Shown: positions 32,916 to 43,668, numbered from the stretch's first letter. The stretch is 64,000 nucleotides of DNA from Abditibacteriaceae bacterium (GCA_965277285.1 OZ255721.1:3360001-3424000); one strand, 5' to 3'. Program-made: numbers and translations. Notes: generated by a model not told the origin, from the sequence alone.

Positions 32916-33797
32916 ATGTTCGTTTCGTCATTTCAAACTCTGGCACGTTCTGTTGAAAGTATGGGCATCGGCTTGCATTCGGGCGCCACAGTGCGTTTGC
33001 GCTTGATGCCACGCGAACGTTGCGGCATTGTCTTCGTGCGCGTCGATTTACCCGATGCGCCAGAAATCGCGGCATCTCTGGCAGCGATTAGCCAAACCAG
33101 GCACGCCACGACGCTGCAGCAAAACGGCGCGCAGGTTTCCACGACCGAGCACTTGATGGCGGCGTTGTGGATGAGCGGCATTACGCATTGCCGCATCGAG
33201 TTGGACGGCCCCGAAGTGCCTATTGGCGACGGTAGCGCGCGCGATTGGTGCCTTCTTTTGGCAGAAGCAGGAAGTGTTCCTGTGCCGGAAAACGCTGATT
33301 CGAGTACTCGAAATCAGGCGCGTCCGGTTTACGCGCTGCGCCAAGCGGTTTACGTGGAAACTGGGAATGCTTCGGTGCTGGCGCTGCCTCACGAGGGTTT
33401 GCGCGTCTCGATTTTCGCCGATTTTGGACGTGCTTATTTGACAGAGCAGCTTTTCGATGCCGCGATTTCGCCGGAAGTTTTCACAAATGAAATCGCAACG
33501 GCGCGCACGTTCACGCTCGAAGAATGGATCGCGCCTTTGCGCTCGCAAGGATTGATCGCTGGTGGCACGACAGAAAACGCCATTGTTTTGGGGCAAGAAG
33601 CGTCGCTTGTGCCTTTGCGCTTTCCCGATGAATTGGCGCGCCACAAGGCGCTCGATTTATTGGGCGATGTCGCGCTGATGCTGGCGCCCGCTGGCGGCTT
33701 GTTGAACGCGCACTTCATCGCGTCGCGCGCCGGACACGCGCTTCATCAGCAGTGGATGAAGCGCTGCCTGGAGCAGAATGCTCTGGTTGCCCTGTAA
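32916..33797 (+). CDS. lpxC: UDP-3-O-acyl-N-acetylglucosamine deacetylase
   Basis: QTL....GIGLHSG, TTEHLMAAL, EVPIGDGSA, IATARTF, ELARHKALDLLGD, AGHALH. Confidence 0.92.
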   Translation: MFVSSFQTLARSVESMGIGLHSGATVRLRLMPRERCGIVFVRVDLPDAPEIAASLAAISQTRHATTLQQNGAQVSTTEHLMAALWMSGITHCRIELDGPEVPIGDGSARDWCLLLAEAGSVPVPENADSSTRNQARPVYALRQAVYVETGNASVLALPHEGLRVSIFADFGRAYLTEQLFDAAISPEVFTNEIATARTFTLEEWIAPLRSQGLIAGGTTENAIVLGQEASLVPLRFPDELARHKALDLLGDVALMLAPAGGLLNAHFIASRAGHALHQQWMKRCLEQNALVAL

Positions 33798-34037
33798 AAT
33801 GAGGCGAAGCGCCGTGCCGATATTTTATCGAGTACTCGATAAGGGTGCTATCGCCGACAAATCTTCCTTTTGAGTGTTAAATTGTATTTGGCAAGAACGT
33901 TTCAAGGTCAGTTGTGGCATTACTTATCGTGTTTAGGATGCGAGCAACGCGGGTATACTATTTTTAAGCGTTTGCTGAAATTTGGCTGCTCAATTGTGCG
34001 GCCCAAGGAGTCTCAACAAACTCTTCAAGGAGAAATT

Positions 34038-34682
34038 ATGTTCTTATTCCGTGTCCGACCACCGGACAAATGCCGCGTTCGACCGGCAGAAAGTCATCGA
34101 GGCGAGAAGCGTCGTACGGGCTTTACTTTGATCGAGTTGCTCGTCGTTATTGCGATTATTGCGATTCTTGCAGCAATCTTGTTCCCAGCGTTTGCCACAG
34201 CTCGTGAAAGCGCGCGACGTATCGCTTGTGCCAGCAATTTGAAGCAGATTGCGACTGGGGTTTTGCAATATACACAGGAGTACGACGAAAAGTATCCCGA
34301 TATTGCCGCTTCGCAAAACCCGCCTTTTCCGGTCATGCTGAATGCCTACCTGAAAAGTAAAAACGTGTATATTTGTCCTTCCGCGACTTCGGGCAACACT
34401 TGGACTGTGGCCTGGCCTGACGGCACGACAAGCCAATCGTCCTACGGCATCAACAATGACTTGACCACGCCTGCAATTTCTCTGGGCCAAGTGCAAGCGC
34501 CTTCGACCACTCCGATGTTGTTCGATTGCCAGACCGACATCGCCGGTGACCTTGGAACCGCTGGTGCCTTCGATACCATTGGCACGCGCCACCGTAACAC
34601 TATCAACGTCGCTTACGCCGATGGTCATGTCAAACTTTTTCGCCTGGCTTCCGGTGTGCCAGCGTTGATCTTCACTCCGTAA
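34038..34682 (+). CDS. Prepilin-type N-terminal cleavage/methylation protein (DUF1559, H-X9-DG)
   Basis: [44 protein letters not shown]...[10 protein letters not shown]. Confidence 0.93.
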   Translation: MFLFRVRPPDKCRVRPAESHRGEKRRTGFTLIELLVVIAIIAILAAILFPAFATARESARRIACASNLKQIATGVLQYTQEYDEKYPDIAASQNPPFPVMLNAYLKSKNVYICPSATSGNTWTVAWPDGTTSQSSYGINNDLTTPAISLGQVQAPSTTPMLFDCQTDIAGDLGTAGAFDTIGTRHRNTINVAYADGHVKLFRLASGVPALIFTP

Positions 34683-34700
34683 ACGGCAATCTTCTACGAC

Positions 34701-34737
34701 AAAAAGCCCGTCATTGTTTATGCAATGACGGGCTTTT
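34701..34737. terminator. Bidirectional intrinsic terminator
   Basis: AAAAAGCCCGTCATTG-TTTATG-CAATGACGGGCTTTT between convergent genes. Confidence 0.8.
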
Positions 34738-34773
34738 GGCATTCGAGTACTCGAATGCGGCGCTAAATGCATT

Positions 34774-35574
34774 TTAGCTGTGCGCGCGCGTAATTTTAGG
34801 AGCGTCATTCCACCATCCATCGGGGTTCTTCGATGGATAACGCAAGGCTTCGTCACCCCTGCTATTTTGGTAGCAAAGCAACGTATTGGGCCACAAATCT
34901 TTCAATGATTCGTAATCCGCTTCTCCCAAAGGCTGTCCGTCGTGGTCTTTTTGATACGTGCGGAATTTTTGCGCGGTGCTCGCATCCTGAAAAACGTACA
35001 CATAGAGACCATCCCAGCGCCCTGTTTTAGCCATTTGCTGACTGGCTGTAGCGGCTAACCCGGCGGCATCTTGCGCAGCTGCGCTATCGGTTGGCACAAT
35101 CGCCATCGTCCCCCAGGGAATACCACGTTGAGGTGATGTACTCAGAGTAAAACGAAGTTGCCCGGTCTGCGTGACCGGAGCCGCAGGAGTTACAGGTGCT
35201 GCGGCGGGGCCGCTGGAAACTGACGGAGAAGTGCTCGAGGTGGAGAAACTCGGGTTCGTCACCCTCGTAGAAGTCGAAATCGTTGTAGAAGTCGTGTCCG
35301 TCCCATAAACCGGTGGCTCCGTGCTGGATGAGCCGCCCATCAGTGACATCGCGAGGAAGATCAGACCGCCCACACCTGCCAGACCCAAAACGCCGATCTG
35401 CCACATCGGAATCGGCGTCTTTTTCGTTCTTTCTTCCGTTACGCCAATGGTACCGGCGGCTGGCACACCACCAGCCGCTACCGCGCCGCCAGACAAGGGC
35501 GTATAGCATGCCCAGCACATTACGGCTTCCACCGGATTGTTTTCTCCGCACTTAGGACACTTTTTTTGGCTCAC
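34774..35574 (-). CDS. Zinc-ribbon membrane protein
   Basis: CPKCG...CWAC, one TM segment, Ser/Thr-rich linker. Confidence 0.75.
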   Translation of the reverse strand: MSQKKCPKCGENNPVEAVMCWACYTPLSGGAVAAGGVPAAGTIGVTEERTKKTPIPMWQIGVLGLAGVGGLIFLAMSLMGGSSSTEPPVYGTDTTSTTISTSTRVTNPSFSTSSTSPSVSSGPAAAPVTPAAPVTQTGQLRFTLSTSPQRGIPWGTMAIVPTDSAAAQDAAGLAATASQQMAKTGRWDGLYVYVFQDASTAQKFRTYQKDHDGQPLGEADYESLKDLWPNTLLCYQNSRGDEALRYPSKNPDGWWNDAPKITRAHS

Positions 35575-35874
35575 GATAGATGGCGCCTATATAAAAATTA
35601 GAAATGCTTCGTCTCGTTCCAAAGATCGGTTGGACATCGCGCGGCTAACAAGCCTGCGTGTCAAAACCGGTAAGTTGCGGAACGAAAGAATTGGCAAAGT
35701 ATAACATCTTTGCTGAGAAAAATTGAATACACTCGATGTTAAACATCTTAAAGCGCGATGATCACAGACTTTTGATAGTGCCGAATTTCTCCTGGCTTCA
35801 AGATAAAGCTGCTTTTTACAGCTACCAATATTCGTTATCTATTGCACTGTTCTTACCACCGAACCAATTCCATT

Positions 35875-37317
35875 TTAACCAGTTTCGCCAATACGATGTA
35901 GCTTGAGCAAGTTCGTTGAGCCATGGGCCGCGACCGGCGCGCCCAAAGTGACAACAACTGTATCGCCTGGCTCGGCATCGCCCGATTTGAGAAAGAACTG
36001 ATCGACGCGCGTCAGCAGTTGATCCGTCATTTCGCTGCGTTCGACCAGGCGCGGTTGCACGCCCCACACGAGTTTCAATTGCCGCAGCACATCGCGGTCG
36101 GGCGTGAAAGCGATAATTGGGACGGGTGGGCGGAACTTCGACAACAAGCGCGCTGTGCCTCCACTTTCGGTGAAACACGCGATCGCGCGCGCATCCAGGG
36201 CGGCGGCGGCGTGCGCGGCGGCTTCGCAAATCGCGGCGGTTAAAGTCGTCAGCGCAGGTTTGGGCGGGCGTCGCGCGCTGTTCCAACCATCGTCGGTGCT
36301 ACTTTCGATTTCGCAAATGATGCGGCTCATCATCTGTAAACTTTCAATCGGGTAAGCGCCTGAAGCGGTTTCGCCCGACAACATTAATGCGTCGGTGCCA
36401 TCCAGCACGGCATTGGCGACATCGCTGGCTTCGGCGCGCGTCGGGCGCTGCGTCGTCGTCATCGATTCCAGCATTTGCGTCGCGGTGATGACGATTTTAT
36501 CGTGCAAATTCGCCGCTGTGATGATGTGTTTTTGCAACATCGGCACTTGTTCGGGCGCCATTTCAACGCCCAGATCGCCGCGCGCTACCATCACGCCGTC
36601 CGCTTCGGCCAAAATCGCATCCAAGTTATCAATCGCTTCGGGTTTTTCCAGCTTGGCGATGATTTGAGTACTCGAATTGCGATCAGTCGAACAAGCGAGC
36701 GCCATTTGCTTGAGTTCGCGCACTTCTTCGGCCTGGCGCACGAACGACAAAGCGATGTAATCGAAGTTATTTTCCAAGCCCCAGGCGACATCGCGGCGAT
36801 CTTTTTCCGACAAGGCTGGAGCCGAAACCGCCACGCCCGGCAAATTGATGCCTTTGTTGGTCTTCAGAATGCCACCGTCGGTCACCAGACACGCGACATC
36901 GGTGTCCGACACTTTTTCGACTCTGAGCGCGATCAGGCCATCGTCCAGCAAAATCGTGTCGCCGGGTTTGCAATCGTGCGGCAGAGCGGCGTAAGTCGTC
37001 GAAACTTCGTAATTGTCGCCCGGCACAGGGCGCGTCGTCAACACGAAATGCTGTCCCAGTGTGAGTTCGACCGAAGGCGTTGCCAGCGGGCCAGTGCGGA
37101 TTTTTGGGCCTTGCAAGTCTTGTAGCAGCGCGACGGGACGCCCGATTTCGGCGCTCACTTCGCGCAGCAGAGCGACGTTGGCGGCTTGTTTTTCCGGCCC
37201 GCCGTGCGAGAAATTGAAGCGCGCTACATCCATGCCGTTCAACAAAAGAAGACGCATCTTCTCGCGGCTGCAGCACGCTGGCCCAATGGTGCAAATGATT
37301 TTAGCGCGTCGAGACAT
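35875..37317 (-). CDS. pyk: Pyruvate kinase
   Basis: KIICTIGPA, ARFNFSHG, DLQGPKIR, IIAKLE, MVARGDLGVE, ATQMLESM, MLSGETA. Confidence 0.97.
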   Translation of the reverse strand: MSRRAKIICTIGPACCSREKMRLLLLNGMDVARFNFSHGGPEKQAANVALLREVSAEIGRPVALLQDLQGPKIRTGPLATPSVELTLGQHFVLTTRPVPGDNYEVSTTYAALPHDCKPGDTILLDDGLIALRVEKVSDTDVACLVTDGGILKTNKGINLPGVAVSAPALSEKDRRDVAWGLENNFDYIALSFVRQAEEVRELKQMALACSTDRNSSTQIIAKLEKPEAIDNLDAILAEADGVMVARGDLGVEMAPEQVPMLQKHIITAANLHDKIVITATQMLESMTTTQRPTRAEASDVANAVLDGTDALMLSGETASGAYPIESLQMMSRIICEIESSTDDGWNSARRPPKPALTTLTAAICEAAAHAAAALDARAIACFTESGGTARLLSKFRPPVPIIAFTPDRDVLRQLKLVWGVQPRLVERSEMTDQLLTRVDQFFLKSGDAEPGDTVVVTLGAPVAAHGSTNLLKLHRIGETG

Positions 37318-37374
37318 AGGAAGATTGGGGAATGCAAAAAGAAACTTATTGCGGCAGTTTATTTATGAAGTATA

Positions 37375-37408
37375 AAGCGGCGCCATCGAGTACTCGATAG
37401 CGCCGCTT
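37375..37408 (-). terminator. Hairpin/terminator centred on TCGAGTACTCGA
   Basis: AAGCGGCGCCA-TCGAGTACTCGA-TAGCGCCGCTT, 3 nt after the minus-strand stop at 37412; the mismatch is G.U on the minus strand. Confidence 0.7.
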
Positions 37409-37411
37409 GAA

Positions 37412-38314
37412 TTAGCTTTGTGGAATATTAACAGCTTTGTCAGCAGCCTTGAAGTCAATGAAGTAAGGGTTGGCGCCCAGAAAGCTGGTGTTGCCGCGCG
37501 TCGTGCTGTAAGTGGCCAACAGGTCGCGCAAACTGTTCATCTTTTTCTTGTCATCGCCTTTGACGTTGAGCGCGTCGGCGGCGGTTTTGAAGAAATCGCT
37601 GAGCGTGACTTTGCTTTGGATACGCGACACTTCGATGTTGCGCGGGTCATCGACAAAGCGTGTTACGGCGTCGTTCAAATCGTTGTTGACGGTGCGAAAA
37701 CGATACGCCTGAGGCAACAAAAACGGGCCACCACGCGAGCCATCGGTCAAGGCGAACAAAGCGCGTGGATCAAAGGCGACGATTTTCTTGCGCATCTCGG
37801 TAAAACTGTAATTCTTGCCCGCGACCATGTGCGTTTTCGCCGTATCGAAGTTTTTGATTTCCGTGATTTTGTCAATTGGGTAAGCGTCCGAAACGGTCTT
37901 CAATATGTGCGCGTTGTAAGCGTTGATCCAAAAAACAAGTTCAGGGTTGTGGCTTTGCTTGACGATGCCCGTCGTTTCGTCTTTGACCGGAAAAACCGGA
38001 AAAGCGCTCAAGTCCGCGCTGGCGACGGCTTGCAAAAAGATGTTCAAGTTGGCATCGCCGCGCAACGAAGCGTAATTGACGCCACCTTTCGTATCGACTT
38101 TGCTGTTCAGCGCGTCATCCAAATAACTATATGGAAACAGGATGCCCTGATTAAAAGTTTTCGGTACCGTTACGATTGGCGCCTGCGTGATAACCGTGCT
38201 CGAAGCCGTTGTAGTCGTCGTGGTTGTCGTGTCCTGAGCGAACGAACGAAGCGGCAACGCGCACGAAAGCGCGGCCAGCGTCAAAAGCGAAAATGTTGGG
38301 GTGTGCAATTTCAT
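37412..38314 (-). CDS. Secreted DUF547-family protein
   Basis: Signal peptide; G.VNYASL, LVFWINAYNA, DPRALFAL. Confidence 0.85.
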   Translation of the reverse strand: MKLHTPTFSLLTLAALSCALPLRSFAQDTTTTTTTTASSTVITQAPIVTVPKTFNQGILFPYSYLDDALNSKVDTKGGVNYASLRGDANLNIFLQAVASADLSAFPVFPVKDETTGIVKQSHNPELVFWINAYNAHILKTVSDAYPIDKITEIKNFDTAKTHMVAGKNYSFTEMRKKIVAFDPRALFALTDGSRGGPFLLPQAYRFRTVNNDLNDAVTRFVDDPRNIEVSRIQSKVTLSDFFKTAADALNVKGDDKKKMNSLRDLLATYSTTRGNTSFLGANPYFIDFKAADKAVNIPQS

Positions 38315-38593
38315 AAGTGTGTCCTCGCCGCGCGCAAAACGAACGGCTTTCGCTGCAAGTATGCGCCAAAGCGCGCGTTCTGCCAAATGAAGACCGTTTC
38401 GAGCGGGGATTTCGACGGGAATCGAGTACTCGAAAGACGCCACAAAGCGCGCGCAGGACGTGCGAAAAGCGCAATGGTTCAGTTGAGACGCGGTTTTCGA
38501 TTGATAGCAGCGCGGTTAATCACTCCTCCAATCAACGAGTGAAATAAAAGCCTGATTAAAAGAAGACATCCGTCCAGCGCTTCGGACAGTTGC

Positions 38594-39478
38594 TTATTCG
38601 CTGAGATAACCCATGCATTTATAAAGCAAACGCGCAATTGCAAACGCGCTCGCCGGATGTCCGCCCATCAGTTCGACGCAATCGAGCGCGACAACGTTTT
38701 TGCGACGACAGACTTCGCGCAACAAATCGCGCACCTGATAATAGCCCAATCCGCCAGGTTCGGGCGTTCCCGTCGCGGGAATCCAGGACGGATCGCAAAC
38801 ATCGACATCGAAAGTGATAAAAACATCGTCCGACAAACTGTTGACGATTTGCTCAATCGCGTTTGGCCAATCTTCCAAAACATCTTCGCACCAGAATTGC
38901 GTCACGTTGGCGGGAATGTTTTCGTATTCTTCAATTGAGCACGAGCGTAAGCCGACTTGCGTGATTTGCGTGCCGGGCAATTCGCTGATGCGTTTGCCAA
39001 CACACGCGTGACTGAAGCGGCTGCCGCCATAACTGTCGCGCAAATCGCTGTGCGCGTCCAATTGCAAAACCGAAAGTGAGCCACTTAAATCGAGTTTTAA
39101 TGCCGCGCAAACGCCGCCGAAAGTCAGGGAATGTTCGCCGCCCAGCATAATTGGGATTTTGTCGGCGAAGAGAATTTCGCCCATCACTTCGGTCACGCGA
39201 ACCGCCATCGATTCGGGACTTTTAGCGACAGGTTCAATTGGCGGCGTGGTGTGAATGCCGCATTCGCAGATTTCGCGCGCCAGTTCGCGGTCGAAGGTTT
39301 CCATGTTCATCGAAGCGTCGATAATCGCCTGCGCACCTTCGCGCGTGCCGACGCGCCACGAAGTCGTCGCGTCGTAAGGAACCGGAACAACGACGAATTG
39401 CGCGGTTTCAAAAGCCGAAAGTTGGGGCGAAAGTGCCGCGAAATTGGCGGCTGGCCAAAAGTTGTGTGAGGAAAGCAT
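38594..39478 (-). CDS. speB: Agmatinase
   Basis: PYDATTSWR.G.R.G, GGEHSL, QLDAHSDLRD, FSHAC, TFDVDVCDP, TGTPEPGG. Confidence 0.92.
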   Translation of the reverse strand: MLSSHNFWPAANFAALSPQLSAFETAQFVVVPVPYDATTSWRVGTREGAQAIIDASMNMETFDRELAREICECGIHTTPPIEPVAKSPESMAVRVTEVMGEILFADKIPIMLGGEHSLTFGGVCAALKLDLSGSLSVLQLDAHSDLRDSYGGSRFSHACVGKRISELPGTQITQVGLRSCSIEEYENIPANVTQFWCEDVLEDWPNAIEQIVNSLSDDVFITFDVDVCDPSWIPATGTPEPGGLGYYQVRDLLREVCRRKNVVALDCVELMGGHPASAFAIARLLYKCMGYLSE

Positions 39479-39529
39479 AAAATGATTTGAATTGATAAGC
39501 CCGAGTACTCGATTTGACGACGTTTGGGT

Positions 39530-40156
39530 TTACAACGATTTGTTTAAGGCCGCATGAAAGTCGTCTTCCCAAATAACAGGAATGCCTAAACGATGGGCGT
39601 CATCCACTTCTTGAGCGCCGTTTTCGCTGTCGATGTCGCCACCGATGACGCCTGTCGTTCTTTTGCTGACAGCGTAAGTGACATGACCACCGCCTTGCTC
39701 GATGATTTCGCTCCACTGCGCGTGCGACAGCAATTGCAATTCGCCGACGAATGCGAAAAGCTGACCAGCAAATTGTCCCGATTCCGCGCTGTGAACAACG
39801 GCTTTTTGTGCGTCTTCATCTTGCTTGAAATCGTTCAAGGTGAACATCTGAAAGGTCGCGTCTTCCATGTCGCGCACAAAAAGCTGCACGTTTTCCGGTT
39901 CCTGCCAATTGAGTTCGCGGAGATGATAAAGCAATTCATCGGGCGCAAAATAATTGAAGCCGCCAAAGTAAATGTTCTCTCCGCAAATCCTGCCGTTAGC
40001 AAACTCTTCTGGCAAAGCGTGAAACTCGTCGCGCAACTGCTCTTCCCAATTTTCTTCAATCCAACTATTGATTTCTTCAATCAAAGGCTGATCATTCGCG
40101 CCTTTTAGTTCTTCGTATTCGCCCCACGTCAAAATTACACTGGCTGGCCAACTCAT
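39530..40156 (-). CDS. Hypothetical protein with C-terminal LigA-type BRCT domain
   Basis: FAGQLFAFVGEL..LS......IEQGGGHVT.AVSKRT..VIGG....A..LGIPVIWEDDF. Confidence 0.7.
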   Translation of the reverse strand: MSWPASVILTWGEYEELKGANDQPLIEEINSWIEENWEEQLRDEFHALPEEFANGRICGENIYFGGFNYFAPDELLYHLRELNWQEPENVQLFVRDMEDATFQMFTLNDFKQDEDAQKAVVHSAESGQFAGQLFAFVGELQLLSHAQWSEIIEQGGGHVTYAVSKRTTGVIGGDIDSENGAQEVDDAHRLGIPVIWEDDFHAALNKSL

Positions 40157-40366
40157 GGTTCTGCCTCCCCAATTCTCTGTCGATGATGCCGCTGCGCCTT
40201 GTTATTATAAGCGATTCATTATCAACGATTGGCGGCTTTTTCGATGCAATGTCGCGCCCTGAAATCGAGTACTCGAAACAGGATTAACGCGAGCAAAAGC
40301 GGCTGTCACTTATGATAAAATGAAGCGCGCCAAACGGCAATAGTTTCGCTTCTCCCCTTTATTCTT

Positions 40367-41098
40367 GTGACTGACATCAACACGACAGTTTCCTCCCCGT
40401 CGCAACCAAACACACGACGTTTGCGCCTTTTGGAATTAATTCTGGTTCTCTCTGTGGCGTTCGCGCTGCCGATTTTCAGTTCGGCGTATTTGCTTTTTCA
40501 TAACGAGCCGCGCACCGCGATACGCGATGACGCGCGCATTCTCAGCGTCATGATCAGCGAAGCGACCGGTTTGGCGGTCTTGCTTTACGTCCTGTTTCGT
40601 CAAGGTCGCAGCGTGCGCGAATTCGGTTTTCGCTGGAACCCAGGAAAAGTGCCGATGACCGTTGGCGTAGCGATTTTGCTGGCAATTACCGCCGTGGGTG
40701 CTTCACTGATGGGCCGTGTCGGGCTGAATATCGCATATTTTGCCTTGACCGGGCACAAGTTGAACTGGCACGCCGAAAAGCTGCCGGTTATCGCGGTTTC
40801 GCTGATCGCCATTTTGTTCATGGTTTTGAATGGCGCTTTTGAAGAACTCGTAGTGCGCGCTTATGCGATCACCGAAGTGGAATGGTTGACGAAAAACACC
40901 GATTGGGCGATTGCCTTCAGCGTACTTTTTCAAACCTCGTATCACTTTTATCAAGGCGCGCCGCAAGCGCTTTCTTATGCGCCCTTGTTTCTGGTTTTCG
41001 CGCTTTACTATGCGCGCACGCGCGACATCACGCCCGTCATTCTGGCGCACATTCTCATTGATATGGTGTCGCTTTTTGCCTCGCAACATCATCACTAA
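40367..41098 (+). CDS. CPBP/CAAX (Abi) family intramembrane metalloprotease
   Basis: Multi-TM; FEELVVR, F..YH.YQG, ILAH..ID. Confidence 0.88.
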   Translation: MTDINTTVSSPSQPNTRRLRLLELILVLSVAFALPIFSSAYLLFHNEPRTAIRDDARILSVMISEATGLAVLLYVLFRQGRSVREFGFRWNPGKVPMTVGVAILLAITAVGASLMGRVGLNIAYFALTGHKLNWHAEKLPVIAVSLIAILFMVLNGAFEELVVRAYAITEVEWLTKNTDWAIAFSVLFQTSYHFYQGAPQALSYAPLFLVFALYYARTRDITPVILAHILIDMVSLFASQHHH

Positions 41099-41121
41099 AC
41101 CTTCTTTGGAGTACTCGAAAT

Positions 41122-42480
41122 ATGCGTTCCAAATCTCAACGCCGCAAAACCAAAGACGAATTCTTAGGCGCGCCCGTCGCCACCAAACCGATTGACGAAT
41201 GCACCTCGATGCACGAAGCGTTTGGGGCTTTGCCGCGTGCCTGCGGCGCTTCCACGATGTCGAGCGCTTACAACATTTTGTATCGCGCCATTACCGAAGA
41301 AGTGCCGCTGGTTTTGGCGATTTCCGGCATCGGCTCGCTTTCCAATCAAACGCGTTTCTGGATCAATTCGATGATTCGCAGTGGCTACATCGCCGCCATT
41401 TCCACAACCGACGCGCTGGTTTATCACGACGGCCATGACGCTTTGAAACCGCACCCCAAAGGTCGCCCGATTGAACGTCCCGTGCGTTCGGTCAACCCAA
41501 ATGGCGATGACGGCATTCTCCGCGATAACCGCGTAATTCGCGTCTATGATGTCGGTTTCAAAGAAGAAATCCTGGAAGAACAAGACCGCGTCACGCGCTG
41601 GATTTTTCAGCAACCCGAATTTCAACACCAGATGACGACAACCGAGCGCAATTATCGCATGGGCAAATTGTACGATGCGCTCGAACAAGTGCGCGGCGTC
41701 GAAAGCGGCCTGGTGGCGACGTGTTACCAATACGGCGTCCCGATTTTTATTGGCGCGCCCGGCGATGGTTCCAATTCGCTGGGAATGTTGCCGCTGAAAG
41801 TGAACAACGATTTGCACGGCAAACCCTTCGCCTTCAATTACGACCCGCTGGGCGACGTTTTGGAATCGTGCGCTTATCATTTCTGGGGACTTTTTACCAA
41901 TCCCGTCAAGGAGTTGGGCATTCTCATTATGGGTGGCGGCGTGCCGAAAAACTTCGCGCTGCAACCCGAACCCAGCTTGCTGCAAAACTTCATGCTCGAT
42001 GAAGAGCCGTATGCAGTGCGCGGCTACAAATACGATCTGCAAATCACCAGCGCGCCGGTTTCCGACGGTAGTTTGAGTTCGTGTCCACCGGCGGAAGCCG
42101 TTAGTTGGGGCAAAGTCGACCGCGACACCTATCACGAAACAACGGTCAGCGTTTACGGCGATTACACGCAGCTTTTCTGGCCTCTGGCTTATGCTTTGTT
42201 CGAGAAAAAACGCGAAATCGAGCGCGAAGTCGCGGGACTTTCGAGTACTCAATTGGCGAAATATCTGAAGAAAAACCCGGAAGCACGCGGGATTTTGCGG
42301 CCCGGCGGCCCACCGCGCTTGTTCGAGAAACGCAAGCAGTTGATGGACGAATTCCTCAAAGTCGCGGGCAGCAAGAAAAACGTGGCGCGCATCCAGGAAT
42401 GGTACGAAGGTAACAAAGAACTGCTCGACACGCTGAACGCCCTGCGCGCTCAAGGCGCTCTCGATGTCGGCGATGTGTGA
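41122..42480 (+). CDS. Deoxyhypusine-synthase-like protein (SpeY-type homospermidine biosynthesis candidate)
   Basis: STTDALVYHD, PIFIGAPGDGS, GGGVPKNF, DGSLSSCPPAEAVSWGKV. Confidence 0.85.
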   Translation: MRSKSQRRKTKDEFLGAPVATKPIDECTSMHEAFGALPRACGASTMSSAYNILYRAITEEVPLVLAISGIGSLSNQTRFWINSMIRSGYIAAISTTDALVYHDGHDALKPHPKGRPIERPVRSVNPNGDDGILRDNRVIRVYDVGFKEEILEEQDRVTRWIFQQPEFQHQMTTTERNYRMGKLYDALEQVRGVESGLVATCYQYGVPIFIGAPGDGSNSLGMLPLKVNNDLHGKPFAFNYDPLGDVLESCAYHFWGLFTNPVKELGILIMGGGVPKNFALQPEPSLLQNFMLDEEPYAVRGYKYDLQITSAPVSDGSLSSCPPAEAVSWGKVDRDTYHETTVSVYGDYTQLFWPLAYALFEKKREIEREVAGLSSTQLAKYLKKNPEARGILRPGGPPRLFEKRKQLMDEFLKVAGSKKNVARIQEWYEGNKELLDTLNALRAQGALDVGDV

Positions 42481-42602
42481 GAGTTGCGCCAACTTCGTGC
42501 GCGAAAGCGGCGCAAGTTTTCGCACCTTTTGCAGAAAGAAAATAGCGTTCATTCGCGCCGTTTTGCGTGGCAAGGCCTTGCGTAACCATCAAGATAAAAA
42601 CC

Positions 42603-43622
42603 ATGAAAATTGCGATTGTCGGCGCGGGAATATCGGGTTTGGGCGCGGCGCGATGGTTAAAATCGCGCGGCCACAATGTGACTTTGTGGGAAAAAAGTGC
42701 GTCAGTTGGCGGACGAATCGCCACGCGGCGCTTGGAAGAAAACGATCAAGAAACATGCTTTGATAGCGGCGCGCAGAACATCAAATCCGCCAATCGAGTA
42801 CTCGAAAGCGAATTGCAAATGCTTGGTTTCGATCAGCAAGTTTTTATTGACTCACCAATTTGTTTGCGCGACGGTAGCCAGATTTTACCCGCCGACAGCG
42901 AAGCCAACGCCGAAGCGAAATGGAGTTGCCAGAAGGGAATGCGCGCCATGCCGCAATTTCTCGCGCAAGGTTTGGATGTGCGCTTGAACACGCGCGTTTC
43001 GCGCCTGGAAAAAGCCGAAAACCATTGGGTTCTGCGCGGTGACGACAATCGAGTACTCGATTCGGCTGAACGCGTCATCGTTACGCTTCCTGCGCCGCAA
43101 GCCGCTGATTTGTTGGCCGCCAGCGATGAACCGAACGCGGCGCGCATCGCACTTTTGCGTTCTATTCAATACTCGCGCTGCCTTTCGGTTTTGCTGCGCT
43201 ACGAAGTTGCGAGCGACGATTTAGGTTTTTATGCGTTGTTGTCGAAAGATCGCGCCGCGCCGTTGTTGTGGCTGGCGCGCGAAAACGCCAAAGGTTTCGC
43301 GCCCGATAATTCAACGGCGCTCGTCGCGCAATTAGGCGACGCCACAAGTCGCGCGTTGTGGGACGCCAACGACGCAGAAATCGTGCGCCAAACCGAAAAT
43401 TGGATACACGAAATCGACGCACGTTTTACAACTTCAAATTGGAATTTCGTCAAACGTTGGCGTTATTCACAGCCGAAAAACCCGATTACCTTTGAAGATG
43501 CGAACACAGTTGAAGATCGAGTACTCGTTTGCGGCGATGGTTTATCAAAAGCGCGCGTCGTCGATGCGTGGGAAAGCGGAGAAACGGCGGCGCGTTGGTT
43601 GTTGAACGGAGCGGAACTATGA
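42603..43622 (+). CDS. Renalase-like FAD-dependent oxidoreductase
   Basis: IVGAGISGL, EKS..VGGRIATRR, FDSGAQ, PAPQA, RWRYS, CGD, AWESG. Confidence 0.88.
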   Translation: MKIAIVGAGISGLGAARWLKSRGHNVTLWEKSASVGGRIATRRLEENDQETCFDSGAQNIKSANRVLESELQMLGFDQQVFIDSPICLRDGSQILPADSEANAEAKWSCQKGMRAMPQFLAQGLDVRLNTRVSRLEKAENHWVLRGDDNRVLDSAERVIVTLPAPQAADLLAASDEPNAARIALLRSIQYSRCLSVLLRYEVASDDLGFYALLSKDRAAPLLWLARENAKGFAPDNSTALVAQLGDATSRALWDANDAEIVRQTENWIHEIDARFTTSNWNFVKRWRYSQPKNPITFEDANTVEDRVLVCGDGLSKARVVDAWESGETAARWLLNGAEL

Positions 43623-43668
43623 TGGGTTTCTGGTGAGAAGTCGTTGGAATCTGCGTAAGGATGCCTTT

